A DNA stretch of 60,672 nucleotides, filler included, from Platydemus manokwari (taxonomy: Eukaryota): assembly GCA_037951405.1 (NCBI GenBank). It is 6 parts of 6 records of this genome, joined end to end, with 100 filler letters (N's around TTAATTAATTAA, not from the genome) between each part and the next. Parts side by side here need not be neighbours in the genome. Positions count along the whole stretch, not along the records: positions 50,644 to 60,672 come from JBBMOY011177322.1; 5 more parts are not named here. One strand, written 5' to 3'. Both the position numbers and the translations under genes were made by a program. The notes under the pieces are model-generated. The model saw only the letters and a list, made by a program, of their open reading frames with translations. It ran no database searches and had not been told where the DNA came from. This document shows, piece by piece, positions 50,644 to 60,672 of this stretch (positions are counted from its first letter, which is position 1; each line of letters starts with the position of its first letter).

Positions 50644-51673
50644 AAATTATAAATAAAAATTGTCATTATATTTTCTGTAATACTTCCAAATGAGTTATAT
50701 ATTTATATATTATATATCTCCATTATATCTTCATAATATCTTCTCTTATATCTTCCTTTATATCACCTTTATATCTTCTTTTATATCCCCTTTTTATAAT
50801 GTCAAAAATCTATCAAAATAAATCCATAAAATAAATAATATTATGCTTGACAAACCAGTGTAAATTATTTGAATTAAATTTCTGGTGTCACTTCATCGAA
50901 TGATTTTTTAAATTCAAAGAAGATACCGAACAACACACAAACGACGGAATGTTAAAATGAAACTGATTCGACAACTATTGGAGATATATTCACTCAAACA
51001 TTACAAAAATAAATTAAGCTCACAATTTCTAAACAAAATTGTTTTGTTAGAACGCATGGATGACATTTTATTTTTGTTTAAATCAAGAATTGTGAATTTT
51101 TATATTTGTATTTCTTGATGTTCTTTACGATCAATAACTCTAATACTCGTATGTCACTTGATCTTACTTGAGATTTTTTAAAAAGATGAGAGAGACAACA
51201 CTTAAATGAGAAAATTTATATTAGTAGTCAAATAAACATTGTACAACGTTGTACATGTTTTGTACAACATTTTTGTTTCGCCCGACAATAATATTTAAAT
51301 AGATATTAAAGTCTTAATCGATTTGAGATGAGGCAAGGGATAGTGGGGCAAAGTGATGCGGTTTGGGTTTCGAATTCTTTAGATATTGAATTATTGAATC
51401 TGTGAGGTCGATGTCACATCTTGTACTGATGAGTATGAATCACAACAAAATAAATATAACAGAATGAAAGCTGTTGTCAGCGGATTTATGAACAAGCCTT
51501 TACAATTATAACAAGATTTAATAAGTAATTTAATTTTGATCAGTTTGAGAATTTAAAAATAGGTAATTTGAAATGTACAATTTACATAACGGGAACTTCC
51601 TTATTAGACAAACTGTGTTCCATGTTTTTGTCGATACTTTTCGAGAGATCAAAATAACAAAAACAATAACAAC

Positions 51674-51715
<42 letters not shown>

Positions 51716-51764
51716 CGCATTATCGATTAAATAATCCAGAAATTAAAACATAAAGATGTTTTAC

Positions 51765-54700
51765 TTTATTCTAGACAGGCTTTCAGCGGCCATTGTTCGG
51801 GTTTCGCAATTAGGGAAATCACTTCCTAAAAGTTGCAACGCCAATTTAGTATCAATGGGCCAACCACAAGCTATATGGTGCATTTTAGCAATGTTCTCAA
51901 AATTATTCCAAGGCCTTGAATTCAAAATTTTCGGTAGCGATTCCTGATAGCTAAATATCATGATCAATATATTCAATCATGTTGATAAACTGACTAGTCG
52001 CGTATATAATAACGATATTTCCATATGATATTTTGTTCGTCTTCCATTATATCATCAAGGGAAGTCATTCCCACAATTCCAGCTATTTTCTTTCTTTCAG
52101 CTAGCGACGGATTCAAAGTGATATCGTTTCCAAGAAGGCTTCCAGCTATAGGAATCAACTAAATTGAAATAGTTTCTTTTCATTTTTTCAAATTCATTGG
52201 TAAATCATGTATTAAATTGATATATTAGTGTGTATTGTCCGCAATAATCATTATTGATACAAAAGAGGTTTAAATCAAGGCTAATAAATAGGCACCGAAA
52301 CTGCAAAAATTGAAAAATCTATATTTAAATGTTGTTTATTTTATTAATTTCAATTTCTTCAAAGGATATTTAATGAATAGAATCAGTAATGAAATGAAAG
52401 CTTTGTTTTATAAAAATGAATTCATGTTCTAAGCATGGTGCAAATATTAGTTTCTAGGCAAATATGAAGAATTCGTAAGGATTTTTAGAGATAAAACAGA
52501 CAGCAAGACTCGAAAGAAATACACACGTCATAATCGAATATATATGTATATGAAAACTATTTTTCCAGCAATTATATTGAAGATTATTGCAAATGTTGAA
52601 AAAATGGTTATGTAAGGCTCATTTTAGAACAGTTTGGTAGGATTATTAAACATCTTTTGGAACTAGAATAGCTTTTTAAAAAGATTTTATTTTATCATAA
52701 AATCGAAACTGGAGACGAAATTTTTTGTTAAAAATATTTTTCGTTGGATAAAACAAACAAAACAGAATCTCTAATTGAAAAATATAAAAAATCATTACTT
52801 CTGGTCGCAAGAAAATTACAAGTCATAATTAGTCTCTCTTCAATGGCTTATGAGCGTAAATGCCAATCACAATGTTGTTATTTTATTTTATTTATGCTAA
52901 TTCGAGACCGATATTTATTGGAAGGAATTCGTTTAAACGCACATATAATCCATATCAATAAATGAGAATGTAAGTCGCTACTATTTTATAAAATACGCAT
53001 CAAAAACGCATGGAAAAGACAAGACGCCGAATTAAGTATTTAAATACGATTATATAAACAAATTAATATAATTTTATATAAAATTTGAATTAAATCTTTA
53101 AAAATTTAGCTCAATTTAAAATTCTCGCAGAGAGAATTCAATGCACAATGAAATGCAATCTGTAGTCCGCATAAAATTTGTTTTTCACAAAAAGTGGTTC
53201 AAAGAGTTATGTGATAAAAAATACGGTAATAAAATTGAAAATAATTATGTAAGTGATAGTGTTGTGAAAGATCTTGACAATTTCTATGCTTTGCTAATAA
53301 AGAAGATTTTCGACCATCATTGGTGTGTTGTTCGATCCACTAATAATGGGATAAAATAAAAGGATGATTTCTAAAAATTTTGAGTTCTCAATGAAAGTTT
53401 TTCCGTCATATCGAAATCAAATGATTAATAATCGATATAATGGAGGAATTTATGAGGATTTAATAAAAAATATATTTGGATCCCAGTTTTATTTTATTCT
53501 ATCCGACAAATATCATATACTTGATTTGGAAAGAAATGAATTATAATATTATCAAAGATAAAACACAAAATCTAACAATTTCCATTGGTGGATAAACGAT
53601 TTTCTTGAACGTTGTCAATTTGGGAAGCAATTGGAAGGTTATTATTGGGGTGACATGATCACCATCAGGGTTGCTATAAATCGAGCCTAAATAGATTATT
53701 AAGAAAAACAAAATAAAGAGTTCATTGCCATATTAATCACTCACCAATTGGATTCAAATTCGGTCTAACATTTGGCCATAATCTATAAACGAACTCTCCA
53801 CATCTTAACACACCCCGGTGATCATAAATCATAGCATTACCCCAACCAATATATTCTTTCTAAATATAATTGTTTATATTTTATCTTTTTTTTAATAATA
53901 TTTTGCAATCAATTAAACAAAATTCCATAAAAATCAATCATCAATCGTTTTAGTTAATAAATCTTGGTCAATGACAGGATTATCGTACACTACAAAGGAA
54001 CATGTTGAAGTGGGTCTTAGATGGCCAATGAATTTTGTAGAGATGTACCGACTTTTTATTTTCAAAACCTGATCAAATAAAGCCTCTTTTATTAAATTTT
54101 GATAATAAATTACACAGTATGTATAAAAGAAAAAATGATGGGTCATGATTTTTGATTAATATTTTTACAATGACACTTGTATTAATATATTTGATATCAG
54201 TTATGTCATTATTTAATATTCAAAATAAAAGATATCTGAACTGGTTCTCACATTTTCATATCCATTTATCCAACTTGTCATGTATTTTGAAAGAATGGAA
54301 AGAATTTAATAGATGAAATTTCGATTACAATGCGTGATGGACTGGTGAGACTGCTAAAGAATTAGTAATTATCCGATGAAAGAAAATAAATTATAAATAA
54401 GTTAGATAGAAACATTATATGTTCCGAAATTGTTTCGAGACTTCCAAGTGCGAAGTTTTTCTAAAAACATAATATTTTAAAATGAATGGATTCATTATGA
54501 AAGAAAGTGGTCATCGAATAAATTTCAGAAATAATCTACAAATCTCATACCTGAGAAGTATTGAAAAGTTCTTTCATCGATAACGATTGTTTGACAACAA
54601 TGAGAGCGAAACTCAATCTCGCCATTCGTGGAAGATTCCAGATAACAATTGGAAATACAATTTCACAAACGACATTGTCAGAGGTCCATTCTTCATATTG

Positions 54701-57700
54701 ATGTTCACATAATGCCTTCTCACCATGATATAATCCAGCTACAATCACAACCTGGACAATATAAAAATGATCCCATTGTTTAATAATGCTCCTATAAATT
54801 ATTATTTCACTTTTAGATCTCCGAATAATACTGGGAACTCGATAGAGGAAATCTTTACCATATAAGACAATTTGATATGTTTAAAATCATTTACAAGTGT
54901 TCCATCAACCGAATCAGATAAATCCAAGTAATCCTCAATAAATTCATATCTACCAAACTGTTTCCACAGATCATTAACATATATGAAGTCACTCTCATCT
55001 ATCGAATGTTTGAATAGATCTAATAACGAAAACGAAATTCCAATAAACACTACAACACAATAATTTATCACCATAACTATTCCGGTTATTTCCCTTGGCA
55101 ATCGGTAGTTTGGAACCCCTTTTTATTTTGCTGTGTAAATTTGGTTCAATGAAACTTTTTCTTGGAACAAGGATCAAATTTGGAATTTCGTTCCTTCGGT
55201 TACATGTGCTAATGTGCTATTAAAATAGATTATTAAAATTACTATTGTAAAGATAGGATAGAACCATGTATATCATCACTGTTCTAGTATAAAAATAAAT
55301 TTTCAAAGCAAAAGAGTGAATTTCAAATTTTGATTTTGGGTTACCAATACATCAAGTTCGTCTTCCGTGTTGAATTATTAAAACTGACTTGATATTGTTG
55401 ATTATAGAGAAAGTCAGTCAAAATTCAAACATCCAATCAAAAATTCAGAGCACAACGGACATGAAATTTCTAGATTTACTAAATGAAATTTGCATAAATT
55501 CTACAAGTCTCTAAGGACTTGTTACAAAGTTGATATAAATTCTTCAATACTACAATCAACAAACAACTACAATCGAATGACAAACACATACACTAGAGTC
55601 CAATATAAGCTGATAACGATAGTACGAATAATGTGTTCATTTTCTGTAATTCATGCTCTTATTTATATTCAATAGAGTTTTTACTTATATGTAAGCGGAT
55701 AACTTTTAGAACCTCAAATTCACATTCGCTCAAATAACTTTGTCAAATATAGCTAATATTTTTATGACCCAGCGACTTTTAGATATCAAAATGTCACCAG
55801 CTCATAAATATTGGCTTATTTAGCTAATTTTTTACCCAACCGTAGCATTGTTGATATTTTAAGGTCAAATAAATAGTGAGAATAATCAACTAGCTCTATT
55901 TATTGAGCACTGAATATCTATGGGGACATTGAACTAGTTTAATAGAATAATGTATTGATATCACGATATCATCAAAACAAGTAAGCCGAATGACCAACAA
56001 TCGAAATACTACTTTTTTGTAATAATAAAACCAAGGGTTTATATAAAACTGTAGGGAACCGCCCGAGACTAAATTATCTCGAAAAATAATAAAATCAATT
56101 ATTAAAAAATTTTACATAAATATGCATTAAAATACTTCCTGAAATATAATAAATAATTTTTCTATAAAAACAAAATAATTTTTCACTCAAAAACGCATAT
56201 AATTTTTTCAAAAACATAAATAAACAACATGTGTAACTATATCAAAAAAGAAATTGTTTCACCAACCTCAAGGTTATAAAAAATTTAACCGTAATCTAAT
56301 TTTAGTAACTACATTGTTATTAAAAATGTACTGACTCAATTCAGTAATTATTATCTGCAAAAATTGTGTGTTGATACTAAATTTAGTACAAATATTAAAT
56401 GTTGCTAAAAATAGGGACAAATGTTGCAGTGCACAGAAAGTGATGTATAAGCGAGTGAGACTAATCACTCATAGTTCAAATTCCAGTTGAACAAAATTTG
56501 TCCAAAAAATCAATATTACAATCTGCGAAGCTTATTTCAAAAAAATTTATTATTGCTAAACATTTTATTCCGTATCCGTTTTACTATTTCAATTATTCAG
56601 AAGATTTGTAGGATTCTATGATGAGTAAATTCTTTATTGTCATTGTAACTAACCGCAGATACACGATTATTTCTAACCTCGTGATCTTTTAAAATCCACA
56701 CTTTCATTTTTATAGAGGCTTGTACGCCCACCTATGGGTACGCCCTTCACTTTTCTATCGAGATTACTGTACTTATACAATACAATAATATATCACCTGC
56801 TAATTGTCATAAATTTATATTTAAATAAATCAAATATATTTTATCAAATTATCTCAATTATCATTGGTTGCAAAATGATTAGTATTTATATTTTAAATAT
56901 TTGATTATATTATCCGGGAATTATTTTGTAGTAGCAACATTTACACTAACTTAAAGATTTAAAATGTAATTATAACATGTGTTCATGACTCAGCTGTGAG
57001 GGATAATGAAGCTGAGTGAGGTGAATTTGAATCTAACTGTGGGTAAATTAGAGCATGTGTGATATTTATGAGTAAAAAGGGATACTAAGGCGATCTGTCA
57101 GTGAATTACGTGTTGAAGTTATCGATGATTCCATTATGGAACACTTACATCCCTGTGAATGATAAATAATCAATATAATAAAAGGTATAAACACAATAAT
57201 ATTATAATAGAAAAATCACTTGGAATTTTATTATCTCAGTGGGTTCAACAGACACCAAATATTCTTCTCTTTCAGCGATTTTTAGTAAATAATCCTTAGA
57301 CTCTAGAGATGAATCAACACAGTCTATAAATTTTGCAAGGATCTTCTTTATAACGATATCTATTGTGTCACCAGCATGTACCACAATGCATTTTATTGAA
57401 TTCTAAAATGTTTCTCCATCATTCTAATATATTGACAATTGCAATCACAATTACCGATAATTTTGATTGTGTATCTGTCGATGGGTAATTATCGTTTACA
57501 AATACCCTGATGCTAATATTTCCTTGGTAATGTTTTTTCACATTGCTCATTTCTGTCGGGTGTTCAATGAGCATTTTCTGATCTATTGACTGAAATATTA
57601 TTTTGATTAGAGTTTATCTATGCCTAGATAATTTTTCTGCGTATATCAAAGGTATAAGGTAGAATTTTTTGATGGAATAAAATATTTTTATGTTGTATAT

Positions 57701-58566
57701 TGTGTCGGTTTATTTGGTTTGTATTTCTCACAATTCTTATTCGTTATTAGAATTAATCATTTTAATTTTATTTTTTAAATATTTCCTTTAAATAAAGTGA
57801 TTTATTCAATTGCATTTAAGATAACTGATAGAAAAATCAATAAAACTTGTTTATTATTTCCAGGTCGATATAAACCTTTTGAAGAAGCCGAACCTTCGAT
57901 TATTATAAACTTAAAAGTAACATCAAGAGTTTTGTTGAAAATCTGTAAATTAATATTACTGATTTTGGAAAATTAGAGAAAAAATAGAGGGAAAAGAGTT
58001 GGTTATATATATATATATCAGGAATTCATTAAACCAAGTTACAAAATATCAACAAATTATGACAGACAAAATTTTGTTGTTAAATCAGGCATAATTATTT
58101 TTGTTTTAATTTTTTAACACGTGACTTCATCTAAATGTTATTAATACGGTTTGTAAGATAAACGATATGTCCGCACAGGAATAAATAAGCTACAATCAAT
58201 TGTCATCTAGTTATGGCATTATGAAGACCACATGTAAATCAAATATAATTATATAATTAAATAATAGAAATAATAAATTATAATATATAATTTAGTGGGA
58301 ATGTCTAGTAGTTAATCACAAACATAATTCCATATTCGCAATGAAAATTATTATGAAATAATGAATCGATTGTTGATAATATTTGGTAATAGTTTAGATT
58401 TGTTTTTGTCGATATTATCGATAATAAAATGATATTATATTCGATAATCAATAAGCCACAATTACCATATTGGAAAATGATCTAATAGAATCCACTAATA
58501 ATCGTTGACTCGTCTCTTTGAATTGAACAAGTTCATCCTCAGGAATAACTTTGGCGATTAAGTCTT
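51765..58566 (-). CDS. Class I PI3K catalytic subunit p110 (beta/delta-like), RBD, C2 and helical domains. Exons 58566-58466, 57589-57455, 57402-57220, 55216-55078, 55019-54811, 54751-54551, 54460-54414, 54353-54329, 53859-53745, 53686-53577, 52158-51995, 51950-51765. Kinase domain not in this contig; N-terminus unresolved.
   Basis: Phase-consistent GT-AG chain with DYLLKIAEREEYL (RBD); AGLYHG...NLPRMARLSFAL and IGWGNAMIYDHRG...LWP...LNPIG (C2); IIWKYR, ESLPKIL...W and ALQLLGSDFPNCETR (helical). Confidence 0.9.
52975..53129 (-). mobile_element. Family B LTR copy in a PI3K intron
   Basis: Reverse complement starts TGCGAGAATTTTAAA and ends TTTTATAAAATAGTAGCGAC. Confidence 0.65.
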
Positions 58567-60672
58567 CTAAAAATCATATGATGGATTTTTCCATTAAAAT
58601 ATTGGATAAGTAATTATATAAATAAAACGTATAGATTAATCACCATTTATAGCGGACTAGCTTGAGAATCAACATTTTCAAATATATGAGCGCAATCCTA
58701 ATTTGAATTAGGAAATTAATAGATGGAATCAATAAATCAGTCATTCACACACTATTTATAATTATTGTGTTTTAATTGTGTTTAAAAAAAATCAATAGAA
58801 TCAATATGTTAAAAGATAAAAACAGATATAGGAAATGAACAAAATCACATCAAAACTAAAATGAGTATGAGTTAATAATATTGGCATATTGTACTGAATG
58901 AATGTATATATTATCATGTACCTTGAATGAGATTTTATTAAATATTGGAATAACATCAATAATGGTTTTTCTCATATTTCGTTTCAGTATATTTTACAAT
59001 ATTTTTTTTAATAAATTCTTTATTATATATTGACAATTATTTGATGGAATTTATCATTTGATCTAATGTAATAATTATTTATGTTCAAATTATCAATTTA
59101 TTATGTCTACTTTATGACCTAGTTTTGCAGAAAGTTTTCAGAGATTTTAATCAATTATTTGTAATAGCTCACATCTTATAAAATATAAATAGAAATTATG
59201 TGTATCAGTGATGTATAATTAGCCATCAAATATCTCAATTTAGTTATTAAAAATTAGTCGTGATGATGAAATAAAATAGATGCTAAAATAATTCAATGAC
59301 CAGAAATAAGTGTTATTGAGTTATTATTCTATCTATTAAAGAAAAACATGCGAAACTCTGCATTTATGCATAAACTTGTTAGAAAACTGGATTTCATGGA
59401 TCCGCTAACTATAAAATAAAACTACACTGACTCAAAGTCAGCATAAATTGGATGTTTCAAGCTCTAATCAACAAGAAATTCCTGATTAATATTTTATATT
59501 CGAGTTATTTGTCATTTAGGCATATTTTTATCATAAAGGCATATTTTAAATGGTGGCTTGACAACCAATATGATCGATTATAATAGATGATTGATGTTAT
59601 CGATAATTTAATATATTGAAACAAAAATGACTTCACATTCAAAATATTGATAAATCTAATAAATCGTTTGTGTATGAAAAATGATCTGATTGAATAACAA
59701 TAAAATACATGGCAACAATCATAATTTGACAGTAATGATATGTTGATAATGCATCGTTGAACAGGCGAATATAATCAATGCTGTAAGTGTGCTACGATCA
59801 TCACAAATCATAGAAAACAATAAAAATAACACTTTCGTATGTGAAAAAATAAATAAATAATATTTTAACTAAAAATATTGGCTATTAGCAGCTGATAAAA
59901 GATATTAATATATTATTATTAACGTTATTGTTAATATTATTATTATTATTATTATTTTAGTGGTTGGTATACCACCACAAGCTCAACAACTAACTTTTCA
60001 CACCAATCATTCTCTCCAAATTGTGTTGATTGATATCAACATGTTCTAATGATTGTTCCAACTTTAATGTATGAAACAAACTCTTCGTACTTTGATTTTC
60101 TGAACTGGAGTTGATATTACCAAATATCGTTACAAAATATATTATAATAATGTCTTTAATATCTTGTATTTAAATTTTTATTAAGTATAAAATAAATACT
60201 AATATTAACACTCGTTTTGCTTATAACTACAAGTCGATTAAAACAAAAAAATCATTAAAATAAAATTGTTAAAAATATTAATGTAAAAAAATTTTATAAT
60301 AAATTACCAATAAAATTAAATTATAAAAATTATTAATTTGATTTATATATTTCAAATTATATATAATTGCCCAATAAAATAATTTATTATGTATTTATTT
60401 TTTATTTAGATTAATAATTTTCTAATATTTTATTATAAATTCAAATTTTGTTTACCTTTATCAGTCTTAATTTTTTATTGTGCATAAATATTATATTTTA
60501 TTTCATATTTGTTTTCATATTGTTATAATAAGCTTTTAAATTAATATATTTTAATGATAAAATTAATAGATAAATAAAAAATATTAAATATAAAATAAAA
60601 TTATATCAATATCAAACAGATATAAATAAATAAAATATTATAAATTAATAAAGAAATATTATTATTATTACG

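Noticed and set aside
51420-51450. Other CUGAUGA/CUGAAGA occurrences (51426, 39644, 17637, 23158, 4787)
   Set aside because: No stem II plus GAAA plus NUH arrangement; not hammerheads.
334-58566. Apparent signalling cluster of EGFR, sp5 and PI3K
   Set aside because: The genes are on different contigs separated by artificial spacers; linkage cannot be inferred.
59432-59481. Stop-codon reassignment suggested by an in-frame TAG in a PI3K-like segment
   Set aside because: None of the confidently assigned exons in four genes contains an internal stop, and this segment is not a proven exon.

Overview
AT-rich animal genomic DNA with spliceosomal GT-AG introns, many (TAT/AAT)n tracts and a heavy load of decayed transposons. 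A flatworm-like invertebrate is plausible but is only an inference. The window is six contigs joined by an artificial 100-nt spacer (44N-TTAATTAATTAA-44N), so adjacency across spacers is not evidence of linkage. Recognisable genes: the 3' end of an EGFR/ErbB-family receptor kinase (+), the last exons of ETF-ubiquinone oxidoreductase (-), the first exons of an unidentified signal-peptide protein (-), a complete Sp5/buttonhead-type zinc-finger gene (+), and the RBD-C2-helical exons of a class I PI3K p110 (-). Mobile DNA includes two RLE-type non-LTR retrotransposon relics, a multi-copy short-LTR family, and hAT and Tc1/mariner MITEs. The two most interesting signals are non-coding. One is a pair of type III hammerhead ribozymes with cleavage sites 125 nt apart (20576-20758; retrozyme/circRNA-like). 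The other is a dense cluster of TCF/LEF sites paired with C-clamp Helper sites just upstream of sp5.
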